Shown: positions 39,059 through 52,263 of the stretch, in pieces | How the letters are laid out: the number at the start of each line of letters is the position of its first letter | How positions within the stretch are numbered: the first letter of the stretch is position 1 | Assembly: GCA_040954595.2 (NCBI GenBank) | Contig: CM082580.2 | Coordinates: 10,642,390 to 10,706,389, forward strand | Reading direction: 5' to 3' | DNA: 64,000 bases | Source of the DNA: Balanoglossus misakiensis | Lineage: Eukaryota; Animalia; Hemichordata | Position numbers and translations under genes: made by a program | The notes under the pieces: model-generated | Told to the model about the DNA's origin: nothing | The model's database searches: none | What the model saw: only the letters and a program-made list of their open reading frames with translations

Positions 39059-42000
39059 GAACTCTGGTCGCGTAATTATTGGTGCTATCGGCCAGACTGG
39101 AGCCCAACCGGTCAGATCACTGAAGGAAATGGGGGAGGACAGGTACTCCCACAATGCAACATTCAATATGGATGGAAATATTCCCATCATGCAATATTAA
39201 AAAAATTAAGAAAGTTTGCCCTCGTGCACAGATCATGGTGATTAGATCCAAACCCAAGGTAGTTTATGTTGGTGCATCTACTGCTGTTGGAACGTGAGTG
39301 ACTGCATTAGGTGTACAATTTGTGTTTATATTAAATGCATACAAAATTAGAAGTATGAGGAAAATGATGTGTTGATGTAGAGAAATATAAAGCATACATA
39401 GCAATCAGTGTATTAAATTTATCATGTATATTATGTGGTACTGTTAGCTAGAACAAGAATTTGATGATTTTTTTCTCATCTGTGATGTTTTAGCCAAGTA
39501 CTATGAGTTGTATATAATGTGTTGTAAATGAATTGTTAACTGAGATTCAAAGAGGTTTTTGGACATGAGAATAATATTAGATTTGATGTATACATTTAAT
39601 GTTATATACATAAATATAAAATATCTATAATTATCAATTGTTGTATGATCAGTAATAATTGTATAAAGGAAAAGAAATGGTGTCACCCCCTTTCACCTCT
39701 GTACGTTGGTTAAACCCACCACTGTCTTCATGGGTGAGGTTGAATCCACGTTCAGAAATATGGGTATGACGGGCTGAAAATCATGATTAGAGGTTATTGA
39801 GTTAGCAATATGAAGTCTTGAGATTCCAGGCAGAGATTCGTGTGTATCCGTCTTTTGGAAGCAAGACATTTCTAAGAATACAAACCAAAGGCAATACAAG
39901 AGTTAATACAGTATGATCCGGTGTCTGTTTTTGTGTCTTAGGTTTAAAGCCTATTGTTGCCATGGAGAGGAGTTAGTCAGGTTTCTCATATGTAATGTAT
40001 TTATTTCAATATGTATTGCGTAACACAGGCAGCCAACAACACTGCGTATATGGCTGTTTGCAATGCTGTATTATGTCAGTGGTGTACGGTAGTCAAGCGA
40101 GCAAGTACTTACAAGTTTCATGTATTTTATTTTTCTACCGCATCAAAGACTGGTGCTGTCGTGTATATTTGTGAAATTATTTACTATGCAAGTGAGTTTT
40201 GTACAGCAGTGTAATTTTTTGTACCTTGCATGTTTAGTGTTATATTTGTCATGTGCCTTCCCAATAACTTTGAGTGCCTGTACTACATACACGGCTGTGA
40301 TGATTTTTTCCAAGTTTCATTTTTACTTCTGTCAGTTTTGTTGGTATGTTGCCAATTACTTTAAAAAAATAACAATGCAAGTCTGCCAGTGAGTGTACTG
40401 GTCCGTTCACATTTCAGTGCGCATGTACCCTGATATATCATCTCAAGCAGTTATAATTTTCAAAATTTACATTGTGATTTGTGGCTGACAATCACACTGA
40501 TTAATTGTATTTATGAAATTTTCATTTTTGGCTAAAGACATCCTAAAATAGTGTAAATTCTGATGTGCTTTAAACAGTGCCAGCACCAGGCCAGCAATTG
40601 TGGTGCTGGCTACACACAGCATTGAAATCAGTTAGAGGTTGTACAACACTGTCCAGTGCCATTAATTATGAATTCCTCCTAGAAAAGTACATGTACACTA
40701 CAGTCTTAACATTACTCAGGTAAAACTCCCCCTAGTTTTTCTCCAGCAAAGATATTTGGGAAGGCACAGTTCTGGTATAAATATTTTCTGCAATTGTTTA
40801 GAGGACAGCCGAATTAATCATGATTGGTTTGTGAAAGTCCCAGATTTCAGTCAATCTACACATGAGAACAGGTTTTTAACAAAAGCAATGAGAAGTGAAG
40901 AAGTCTGTATCTGTTAAATTATTTGGGTCCAAATTAAACTAAACTAGTGCAAATTACTATAAAATGTGCAAATATTTGGGCTAAAATTGTGCTGCAATAG
41001 TCTTATTTATGTTTGTATCTGAAATGTGCCATTTCTTAAGCCAGTTGTTCTTTTTTTGTCTAATCACTGTGATTTTTGTGTCTGTCATAAGTCATGATCA
41101 AAGTTAATCTTGAGTCAATGAACTTGACATACATGTAAAACAACATGAATAATCATATAAGGATGGGTCAATGATGAAAACCAGAAATAACATTTTTCAA
41201 TTGAAGATAAATTATAATTATTTTTTCTTTATTGTCTCGTGTTAGAAAACAGTGAACAAAATATGAGTTGATGTGCAACTGAGACAGTTCATCGTTAATT
41301 TTGTGAAGATGTTAGAACAAAAATGATAATAAAAGCATGCATAGATCAGGGATATGAGATATATACGTACATTGTGCTGTTTGACAGCAAAGACCTTAGT
41401 GTTTTGTCAAATTGTTTGTTTCAATTAAAAGGTCAACTCAGTATATGTGCAAGAGAGCTTGCCAGGGAGACAATGATATAGTACAGCATGCATGAAAAAT
41501 TCCAATGTGATAAGTTTTGCTCAATTAGGTAGCTTGAAAAAAAGATTCCCCATTCCCAATGTTATGCTTTAAGTCGTCAGTGGATTGTCAAGTCTAGCTT
41601 TAATGTGAATTGGTTTGTATTTTATATCAATGTGGTCGGAGAAATTTCAATGTAGAAGGCGGATGATTCAGTTTTGGTAAATTAATGTGTGTTTACATGT
41701 GAAATATTACAACTCTCACTTTTGTCTGTTGCCGCATACAAAATTGGTTAGATGAAAAACAATAACAGTTGTCTGTCATTTCGTGCAGAGGATTGAGAAC
41801 GCTATAGTTATTACTAGAGGGCGCTGTTATCACAGCTCAGTCACCATGGCTGTAAATTCTATTAAAGTGTCAGCCATTTTCAGCAATACTTTGTGTTAGT
41901 TCATGAAGACATTTAGTCTTCTCATAAGCAATATGGATATTGCATGTGCATTACTGATTATTACAATACTATTAATAATTTTTACATTCAAATGTAGAAA

Positions 42001-42259
42001 ATTATGTGAATTTCTGAAATTAATGTTGTAAGGTGAGCTAGAATCTATTGGCCATAAATTGCGTTCTGATTGTTTCCATGTACTTAAGTATGTGTTCTTG
42101 AAGTAGGCAATCCCAAGCTAATCATATATTATGCTGCATTTGATTGTGTTATTGAATCATTATGTTAATTTTCTGTTTATTCTATGCAAGTCCTATAATT
42201 GCAATGGTGTTCTTTTCATTTTACGGTCATTATCATAACATGATGATACTGGTTAATAG

Positions 42260-42480
42260 TCCCATCACATCCTCAATAAGAGTTATATCACATCTTCAAT
42301 CAGATCTGTATCACAGCCTCAACCAAAGCTTTAATCAGATTATCACTTCAATCAGAGCTCTATCACGGCTTCAAATCCCTATCACAGTCTCATTAGATTC
42401 ATCTTTAAGTATCACAAGAGACTTCAGTCCCATGAGACCTTCAATCACAGCCGTATCAAAGATCCCAAAATCAAGAGTTG
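42260..42480. repeat. Degenerate ~22-24 bp minisatellite (consensus ~TATCACAGCTTCAATCAGAGCT)
   Basis: Recurrent ATCACA..CTTCAATCAGAG units. Confidence 0.6.
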
Positions 42481-43481
42481 TATATGATCATGTGTTCTGG
42501 CCCCTACTTAAATCAGAGTGATCATACAGATCATCTGTGCCTCCAGGCTTTTGACGTTTTGCCTTACATTTCTGTGGACGAGTCTGGCTTCTAAACACAG
42601 TGGACTTCATAGTCTTGAGAAGCTTAATAGTAGCATGTTGTGTCTTGAAGTTCACACAACTCCAAAAGGATAGTTGTTATTATAGTGTCTGTTTGTGTGT
42701 ATACTGACTAGCATCATAATCCATATAATGTGTTTCTATCACATAATGCCCTGGGTTGCTCTATCTTGTAAACGCTTTGCCGTTCCGTTCCTTCATAACA
42801 AATATTAATACAGTGTGTCTCTTGCGTCTCAGTTCATTTTAGCATTTTCATCATGTTGCCGGCTAGTTCTGTCATGTTTTTTTCTGTTTTGTCCTGTATG
42901 TGTCAGCGATGGTTTCTGTATTATGTACATGTTAATATATACACAATAATAAAGACAAACAGTGAAAACAAAATGTCATTGTGTTCAGATTATTTATGGA
43001 GCAATCCATATGCAAGATGTTATGAACTTACACTCTAATAATTTTCACGACAGTGCTGTAGCTTGGGTGCCTGTATGTATTTGCCTTAGGTGTTTAGCAA
43101 TATCCGAGAGTGTGTGTTTAAATGTACATTGTACATAAATAAGAGTTCAAACAAATATAGAAATTATTATCAGAAACACAAAGACTATCTTAAGCTAGGA
43201 TGCTATCTTGATTATTTGTATTTTTCATTGCCAAATGAAAACCGATGTTGTCCTGACATCAGATTCGTTGACCAGTCAGCGAAGTTTCGAACTTGACATT
43301 GATGCAGCTACACCATTCCTCTATTGTCGAATCCATGGTGACGCCCTCTGTTGTGATGAACAAAAGAATGTTGTGTCAAGCATATTGGCACTGACTTTGA
43401 AAAACACACCACCACCATCATCATAATTATAATCATCACCATCTTCGTCGTCATCATTTTATTCCTATACTCAAAAGAAGC

Positions 43482-44695
43482 TCACCTGTGTTCAGGAATA
43501 GGAGGTGGTTTTCTCAGTGGTATATTTGCATAATTATCATCGTCATCATCATCATCATACCCGTCTTCTTCCTGTATGGCTGGCTGGAACCTCACATCTC
43601 GCTGCACACGTGGTTTGGCAGGCACAGACCTTATAGTTGGTTTTGGCTTGCGCACATTGCGGTGACCCGCTTTAGGGCGCAGTGCTGGTACGTACTGGCA
43701 AATGGACAGAATATGGAAGATTGTGTACAGATATTTTATATGGTGTTTTGTACATAACTGTAGTCAACAAAGTAACAAAATTGGTTTTTCAAGATGCTTT
43801 AATACACACCTCATAGATATCCTCTTCTTCGTGGTACACATCCCCGCCGGTGCTATTACGTGGAGGTAGCTTTGGTGGTCCTGATGACGTCATCTGCCTT
43901 CCAGGTCCTTTCCTGTATGGCAGCGTTGGTACTGACGGTGGCATCTTTGTTGCAATGCCTTTCCTGCGCGATACATCTAACTCTATGTTTTCATATCGTA
44001 GCCCCTGCTCATCACGATAAGCCCCCGGGCTGTTGTCATGGAAACTCACATTGTCTTCGTTCGGTGTTTCATGTCGAGTCTCTTCTATGAAAACGTCTTC
44101 GTAGTTTTCGATGATGTCGTGACCGAAGAAAGTGGCAACGCCGACCGGAAAGAAGTAGTCTAACAACAATATTAGACTGGCCAGCGCGATGCAAATTAAA
44201 CCTTGAGGTCGTTAAGAACATAAAAGGCATATATGGGTGACGAATGGATAAGGAAAAACGAGCACTTCGTACACGATAAAACACAAATGCTAGAAACAAC
44301 ATGCGTAACTATAATGTACAAGAGCTCAATTCCTGGTCACTTTCTCAAAATCAAATGACTCACACCCACCTGTTGCCATGGTAATCCAGAAACACCATCC
44401 GTAGTGAAACTCTATGACTCCGTCTTTAAATGGTATCTTCAGATCGGGTCCCCAGCGTAGATATGCATAGATGATGTTGCTAAGCAACATGACCGATCCA
44501 TTGAGGAAGAGTAAGTACACGCCATATCGGATGAGGAGGCAGAATAGAATGTTTGTCAAAAGCCACAGAGGGAATGAAGTCCTGCATGGAAACACAACAA
44601 ATAGTCAGTATATTCTTGCAGTACTTGTCACTGTTTCTGTCTGTCTGTATGTGTTTCTCTCTTTGTCTGTCTCTCTGTCTGTCTCTCTGTCTGTC

Positions 44696-44788
<93 letters not shown>

Positions 44789-46605
44789 GTCTCTCTCCCT
44801 CTCTCTATGTTTGAGATATTTCAAGTGATTTTTTTTAATGTGAAAAGAATGTGACAGTTACCACAGGCAGACGTGGGTGAAGAAGCCAGCAGTCCTGTAC
44901 GAGCGCCCCCAGCGAATATTTTCTCCGTCTAATGTGAAATACTCGACAATCCACAATATGGGATATGGTAATCCTTTCCATTGTGCTTCGCGGAATTCAC
45001 GACTTAATACGCCAGCTGTATTTTACAAAAATAGAGAAATATTTAGACGATTGTGATTTAGTCTGATTCAGGGTGGTCGACTACTGAATAAACGCACGTA
45101 ACGTGTCATTACCAGCTGGCTGTTGGCCATTTTCTTCATATTACTGACCAGCTGATTTCAGGACAAAATTGATTTAAATCTTACCGAACGGGCCGAACCC
45201 AAGACGTCCCTGATCCCATGTCCAAGAAAAGCGTTCGTTGTAGTCTATTCGTTCCCCAACCTGGTTGACCGGATCACCTGTCAAACAAAATGCAAGTGTC
45301 CAATCATATCTGTCTGCGTGGGAATCTGTTCAAATGCGTTTGCATATCTATCTCTTAAATGTCTAGCCCTGCAAAATTAATACATAATCAACCAGTCGCG
45401 CCAATGTTCAAATTAAAAAAGTACACGTTACCTTTCAGTGTTACATTAACACTTCGTAGTCCGATCTTGACTCCAATAGTTGCTTTGATTTCCTCCGAAA
45501 TGAACGCTTTGTATTGGGCCTGCGTCTTTATTTCAGCTACTTCCCATTCTTGTCCAAAATTGGCAACTATTTTTAAGTAGGGAAAATTCAAAAGTGAATT
45601 CCAAATTTAAAACCCAGGTATTAATATTATTTATATAAATGAAATGAAATGAAATGAATTAAGTATATATATCCTTTGATGATATACCATACAAGTTTGC
45701 GAAAATAGATTACACATCAAATAAGAGTGTTTTTATTAAGCTTACTTAGAATTGCGGCTCCAATGTAGAGGCTGATTCCGATGCGAACAATGTATGTAAA
45801 TCTCTGCAGAAAAACAATGGGAAGAAATACGCCGTCAGAAAAAAAGAACATTGTGCTAGCTTACGATTCAAATAAACCATATATGGGTTTGAATTTGCCG
45901 AGTACATGGTGACCGGAAAAATACACACGAGATAACGAGGATCTATTATCTATGCTGCCACAACCGAGCTTATTTTCTTGGCGAATTTCCGGGTCCATGA
46001 CCCCGTATGACTCCAAGATGACATTGTCCTCCACAGTTACTGGTATAAGTTTAAAAAGCAGTCAAATAATCACGCAAGTTAATATTTTATGTAACTCGTT
46101 TTCTACACCACTGACTGTATAACTATTGCAATTAAAAATTTTCTGTGAATTCTGTAAAAATCAAACCGTGAACGAACTCCAAATGGACGACTGAACTCTG
46201 ATTACGTGCCATTGTGTAACGACCACCTTGTGAGACGAAAGTTGGCATCGCAACTAAAATGAATGTTTTTCACCCAGAATAAAACTCTAACTACCGTCTA
46301 CATAAAGATGTGACGAACAAATGTTACCTATTCTTGCATGGTCTTAAATGTTGTTATTTGGAATGTTTAAACCATATTCCACCATGGGACCTCAGTTAAT
46401 GTACGACATGTGTGCTGAAAAGATCTAGACATACCTCACGATTGCGTATTCCCGGTATTACCGCAATAAACGAAAGTGCGAGGATGAAAAAGGCGCAGAC
46501 GAGGCCTGCCAAAACAACGTCTGCTGTTACCGCTGTCTTGTTTTCTGTGTAGTACGCTGGTAATCCATATTGTCGAAATGCTCCGTACAGGCCAGTCGGT
46601 GCCAT
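43482..46605 (-). CDS. DUOXA: Dual oxidase maturation factor (DUOXA/NIP), 8 exons, ~475 aa with extended C-tail
   Basis: Exons 46435-46605, 45746-45803, 45432-45566, 45185-45277, 44862-45015, 44370-44581, 43810-44201, 43482-43694, phase-consistent. Hallmarks IPGIR, YKAF, IGVKIGLRSVNVTLKG, IDYNERFSW, KGLPYPILWIVEYF, WGRSYRTAGFF, FHYGWCFWITMATG. The last codons may instead splice at a donor at 43485. Confidence 0.92.
44652..44806. repeat. (CT)n/(CTGT) microsatellite in DUOXA intron 5
   Basis: Long pure CT run with interspersed GT. Confidence 0.97.
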
Positions 46606-47891
46606 CTGTTGTGAACACTTTCACATTCACTCGTCTGAACCCGTCTTGTGGTCGTTTGCGAAAGACGGGCGGGTCAGTGAACTCTTCATTGTTCGCCAGG
46701 TGTGCGTGTGTACAAATGCTTCGTCAGGCCATAGTTGTTCAGTCTGTAGAAAGTCTATGGCTTGCAAGCTAAATCCCAACGAACGACCCGAACGCACAAA
46801 TTATGCATGTCTTCTTCAGATTTAAAGACCAATCAAGCAGACAGAGTTCTGATAGCATGTTTCTAAAAAAATGGTGACTTTGTCGTTGTAAAACATATCA
46901 CTCTCTTTATCTTTTGATAATTTTTTTTCGATTTTTCGTAAATTAATCGTTTTTCCACCTGAATTTACTTGGCCTTAACGAGATTACTGACATCAGGTCA
47001 GGATTGGGGTAGGCGTCAGACCTAATCAGTTTAGGCCTAAATAGTGATTGGGTGTGGCATTTCAAAAATTGTAGTAATCAATTTGTATCGGTCACAAAGA
47101 AGCAATATTGATGGTTAGATAAATATGCAACATTTTACCTGCAGCTAGATGATTCACTGTGATTTTGTTCATTTTCATGTTTTACTGACCGGCCAACCTC
47201 TTCATACTGCCGCTGGCTTTTACGGTGGGAGTGAAAAGAAATGTTTTCCGTCGGCGTGGCTGCATGGTCCGATTATCGTTGCGCTGCTCCTCACAATACT
47301 GTCACAGCGCATGTGCAGGTTTCATCAATCCATTCACGTTAAATCATGAATAACCAAATCACGTATACTTATATGGCGAAGATAAAGTGTTAGAAATTGT
47401 AATTCACAGACCAAACGCACATATAAAAGGCCGAGTGTTGAATCTAACTTCATACATTATTGACCGTGTATACGTGCTGAATTACTAGTTCGATAACTCG
47501 CCCAATGCTTTACCCGTAGCACGTACCATGCACTTGTAGCATCTAATTCAATACGAACGATAGCAAATCGACTTCTTTGAATTAATGGGGGCGAGTTACC
47601 GTTAGTTACCAACGACTTTTCGTAAATACATGTACACGGGCGTAATTGGATTCGTGGCCCACTCATCACAACCTTCATAGTCACACCTGCATCTATGTAC
47701 ACACAAGAACTGTCGCTGACGAATCGAAAAGGACGGCTCTCTCATCCACGAACTCTTGATCAAGGTGGTCAATCTTCTGGCCGCGTTGTATTATATTCTG
47801 TAAGCAGGTGTGCAGCGCTTTGTCAACGTCAACCATGCACTCCACGTGTCACTTGTAAAACCCGGGGCCAGGGAGGCAAGAACCCGCAAGA

Positions 47892-49106
47892 ATGAGATCG
47901 GTACGATTTTCAAAGGTCCGTACTGGGCTTATTGCCGTACTGTGTGTTCTCTATTCTGTCCACCTGTTGTTCATTGTAGCTCCACCGGATTCAAGAAGAA
48001 AGGTCGATTCTCCCAACAGACGAAGGGCGTCTGTATGCGGCGGCGAAGGCAGCGGAGAACCAGCAGCAAAATCGACGGCGAGGTCAGGGGCCAAGCGTAC
48101 TAACACGACGCCAAGTTTAGTTCTGATCATGGCGAGGGCTCGCAGCGGTTCCACTTACATCGGACAGTTTTTCAACCAACATCCCGAGGTTTTCTATTTC
48201 TTCGAACCTCTGCGCGTGATCCCCGAGATGGTCAGCGCCCGGCTGATCAGAGAATCTGGCAAGACGTCCATGCAAGAGGAAATATTGGCCAGTTTGTATC
48301 GTTGCAGTTTTCCAACGTTTTATTTGTCTCATGCAGAGAAATGGCCGCTGGCCGTCTTCGAGAGCAAAGCCATGACAAGCGCAGGGGAGAAGATCAGCAA
48401 GATGGGTGAGGGACACGTCAACCCCTGGCGCTACACTGAATTGTGTCGGGCACACCGTGCACTCGCTGCAAAAGTTATCCGCCTCGAAAGAATCGATGCA
48501 CTCGAAACGTTGGTTACTCATTATGGTTTGGACGTGAAAGTCATCTTCCTCACAAGGGACCCCCGTGCATACGCGTCGTCATGGAAACGTTTCGCCTTTT
48601 ATCAAGAGCGGGAGCTGATCAAGGGGAAAACCCTTTTCGACTTGAGACTCCTGTCGACAAACGTCACGGGGTACACTCACCCGCCTGCCATAAACGCGTT
48701 CTGCGATTGGTTGAAGTACAACTTGAAAGTCATCGCGCGACCACCTGATTGGCTGCGCGGGCGCGTGAAAGTTGTGCGCTACGAAGATGCAGCGCGTGAA
48801 CCTTACACATTTCTTGAAGATCTGTACGAATTTTTGGACATGAGTCCGCATGCGGATATCTACCACTGGCTGAGGGCCAACACGAACGCGGAGACAAACT
48901 CCAGTTTGGCCGGAACAATGGTGACAAGAAGAAACTCAAGCTATGTAGTCCAAGCGTGGAGAGATGACATGCTGTTCTATGACGTCAAGGCGATCCAAAA
49001 TGTCTGCGGACAACTTATGAATGCACTCGGCTACGCAAAGTTGAATCGACCAAAAGAGATGGCGGACTGGTCGATTCCCGTTTTGAGCAAACCAGTTATT
49101 CATTGA
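47892..49106 (+). CDS. Golgi carbohydrate sulfotransferase (CHST1/3/5-like Gal/GlcNAc-6-O-ST family), single coding exon
   Basis: 404 aa type II membrane protein; 5'-PSB ARSGSTYIGQFFNQHPEVFYFFEP; 3'-PB LTRDPRAYASS; VRYED; AWR...IQNVC...LGY. Confidence 0.93.
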   Translation: MRSVRFSKVRTGLIAVLCVLYSVHLLFIVAPPDSRRKVDSPNRRRASVCGGEGSGEPAAKSTARSGAKRTNTTPSLVLIMARARSGSTYIGQFFNQHPEVFYFFEPLRVIPEMVSARLIRESGKTSMQEEILASLYRCSFPTFYLSHAEKWPLAVFESKAMTSAGEKISKMGEGHVNPWRYTELCRAHRALAAKVIRLERIDALETLVTHYGLDVKVIFLTRDPRAYASSWKRFAFYQERELIKGKTLFDLRLLSTNVTGYTHPPAINAFCDWLKYNLKVIARPPDWLRGRVKVVRYEDAAREPYTFLEDLYEFLDMSPHADIYHWLRANTNAETNSSLAGTMVTRRNSSYVVQAWRDDMLFYDVKAIQNVCGQLMNALGYAKLNRPKEMADWSIPVLSKPVIH

Positions 49107-50991
49107 ACTCTGGAGTTTTTTTTTTTTTCGTTTTAATTTGACATACATGTATGTTAACTTATTAAACAATTTGATTAAATGTTACTTTTAATATTGTGTT
49201 CGACGGAAAGCTACCGTGTCAAGTATATTTTTCTAACTTTGCTGCAACTGAAGAGAAATGGCATTGCATCCTAGTAGCGCTGAGTTGTCTGGGGACAAAA
49301 TGACAATAAGAAAACAATTATGAATCAATTTATATCAAGCCAATATCCGAACGACCCACGCGCCAGCGCTGCAAAATACAGAGCGGCTACTGATTGTACA
49401 GACACAGAAATCATGATAACAGAGTAATTGAAAGTGACAGGAACTGAAAATGTCGCGGTTTCATGTGTGATGGTGCTTTAGAGTTTATAGAAAGCCGCTC
49501 GAATGAAAGTGGCATTATTCTGGGAGAACCTTTGTTTTTTTATGACGCACATTGGTTCTTTAGCTGGGTTAGAGGCCTTAACGGTTTTCTCGCTTTTTCG
49601 CATTTACGTCTGTACTACTAGCATGCTAAGGCAGGTGCCATTCTGTAGCGAATGTGTTTGGATTTTCATGCGAGACTGGCCTATTTTCAACATAACAACA
49701 CTAATTCAATAAATGTAACAAACAAACTGAGCGCAGATGATATGTCGATGAGAAGCATATTTCCATTGATCTTCAGATCGAAACAACATATCGGGAAAGA
49801 GTGTTTGCAAATCGACGCTCGTCAAATTCACCGCCTTAAACTTACAATCGATGTCTTCACACTGATCAACGTTTCAAAATATGTTTGCCTCAATCACATA
49901 TTCAAAACCAAACGAATAAACTTTCCATAATTATTGATTTTCAAAGCGTACTTAAATGATTATTTCCCACAGTGAAAATGCCACGTGAGTTAAAAGAAAA
50001 ACAGTCATACTGCGGAGAGATCCAGGTGAGTGTTTAAATCGATGAAGTTTTCTCAACACATTCACATTGATCAAACTGGCATGATCGACAAAATATATTT
50101 CTCTCTCTGAGAGCGTTTCGTTTTGCATACTTTCAACCCCGCACGTACACTCACCAGAAATCCATATACTTTTCGCCATGGAGTAAATAGATAGAGAAGA
50201 AAGTTATTTACTGGTGTCGGCATCATCTCTATTCATTGAGCAGAATGTCGACAGGAAATGAATAGTTAACCGCTCTTCCTATTTTTCACGCCAATATTCG
50301 AGTCACTGAATGCGAATAGCGACTCGACATTATTATTGCCTCAAGGTTGTAGTTGTACCTTTTCACAACCTGGCGTCGTCGTCTGCTATTTCATATCACT
50401 CCGCTGGAGAACAGTTGAGAACTTGAGGTTTGACCAACTGTTTGTGAACCCTCAAATTTTGTTCACGAGCACTGGGCTAAAACTGAACAGAAACTACCGG
50501 GATTTATACTCTGGTCGGTCTACATCACGAGAGCGATGATCCATGTCATCAAATCCGGGGTTCCGGAACTACTTTTTGCGTCAAACTTGTGCCTGGCACT
50601 ACTTGACGTCTTCAACATGTGAAGATACTACTAGTATACTTGCGCGTGTGATTTGCATGGCATACTTATAAAACTTCTGTTATCGAATAGTCGTAAAGTA
50701 AAAAAAAGTTAAGTGGGATGATTTGAGTTTGCTCAGAGATGTCTGAGGCAATCATTCATTGCTTTTTTCACTCTGTATGGGCACTTGTTTTGTAGATTTC
50801 ACAACATGAGGTCCAATGTGCTCAATTTTATCGAATTTACGGAGCAGTACAGAACGATTTGTACGCCATGAATTTGCTTATTTTTCATGACGTATACAAT
50901 GAAATTAAAAACAACAATCAAATCTGCGGTAGTCACGATCCTTTATAAGCTAGGTTTTTCCTTGCTTTTTCCTCGCGATAAAAATTAAGCA

Positions 50992-52263
50992 ATGGAGCTC
51001 AACACGAGTTTGTGGAACGGGAACACATCGCACGGCGATGGCTTGGAGGACAAGACCGACGGCAGTGTTGGTAGTTTAAATATTTCCAAAAACCTTTTCA
51101 TCACCATAAACGGTGTGAACAGCTTTTTGATCGTGGTCGGTAATTTATTGGTGATCATGGCCGTATTCCGTCAACCCAAGCTGAGGAAATCTCCAACGAA
51201 TCACTTCATAGTGTCTCTGTCCGTTGCAGACTTTATGGTCGGCGCGTTCTACATTCCGATACAGTTAGCAAACTTTCACCGCGTCGGTCTGATCCAAAAC
51301 GAATTCCTGTGTGATTCCATGTACACCATTTCGTGGACATGCTTGAATTCCACGGTGTTCTCGCTTCTGTCCATCGCCGTCGACCGATATCGGGCGATCG
51401 TCACTCCGATGAGGCGTCCCCTGTCGCTGACACAGACCCGGATCATCATAGTCGCCATCTGGGTGTTCACGTTCGCCTTCACGTCCAGCAAGATCGTAGC
51501 TACCGGAGTAGAGGAAATTCCGATGATAATGAACGGACACAATGCCACTATATTCTACTGCACGTACAGATTCGACCAGATCATGCTACACAAATACACT
51601 GCGCTCATTGACTTGGCCATCGGCTACATCATACCGTTGGTCATCATCGTCTACCTTTATTCAAGAATGATCATTAAGCTCTCTTGTGGAAACTCTTTGA
51701 CGGACGAGTCGAGACGACGAAAAATGAAGGCCGTCAGAATGTTAGTGATCGTCGTCGTCATGTTTTCCATCACGTGGGGTTTGTTTCGCACGCTTGGTTT
51801 CCTCTACTACTGGGCGTTGGCACTGAGAACGTACACAAATTCAACGCTGATTTTCATCTTGGTGTTAATTCTGCTGTTCGCCAACAGTTGGATGAATCCT
51901 GTCATCTACGCGCTCTTCAGTCACAATTTCCGCTCCGAGTTTGCAGCCATCCTGTCCTGCGGGCGCTGGAAACCCCGGGACGGTCGCAAATACCGAAACG
52001 ATCGCGACGCCACATTCGCGCAAAACAACAAGCCCGTTTCCAGCAGAGGGACTAGTACTTCTGATACCAATTTCGAAGAAGGGTCAAGCGTCAGCCGAGA
52101 AATCCAGACGCAGGATCAAAAACTTTCCGACGAACTTGTGGTAAACGACAGAAAACTCAAACCAAAATCCGAAGCTGCGAATGCAAAGTTTTGCTCCGAA
52201 AATGAAGCGTTCGATATGATGGCAGAAGAAGGCTCAAACGATCACAATGACCAGAAAGTTTGA
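50992..52263 (+). CDS. Class A (rhodopsin-like) GPCR, peptide-receptor-like, copy 1
   Basis: 7 TM; GN, LSVADF, DRY, NSWMNPVIY, helix 8 NFR; N-terminal glycosylation sequons. Confidence 0.95.
   Translation: MELNTSLWNGNTSHGDGLEDKTDGSVGSLNISKNLFITINGVNSFLIVVGNLLVIMAVFRQPKLRKSPTNHFIVSLSVADFMVGAFYIPIQLANFHRVGLIQNEFLCDSMYTISWTCLNSTVFSLLSIAVDRYRAIVTPMRRPLSLTQTRIIIVAIWVFTFAFTSSKIVATGVEEIPMIMNGHNATIFYCTYRFDQIMLHKYTALIDLAIGYIIPLVIIVYLYSRMIIKLSCGNSLTDESRRRKMKAVRMLVIVVVMFSITWGLFRTLGFLYYWALALRTYTNSTLIFILVLILLFANSWMNPVIYALFSHNFRSEFAAILSCGRWKPRDGRKYRNDRDATFAQNNKPVSSRGTSTSDTNFEEGSSVSREIQTQDQKLSDELVVNDRKLKPKSEAANAKFCSENEAFDMMAEEGSNDHNDQKV

Noticed and set aside
42260-42480. CRISPR-like array
   Set aside because: Degenerate adjacent units with no unique spacers, no cas genes, eukaryotic context
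44471-44854. RE-repeat and SL-repeat ORFs
   Set aside because: Translations of the intronic (CT)n microsatellite
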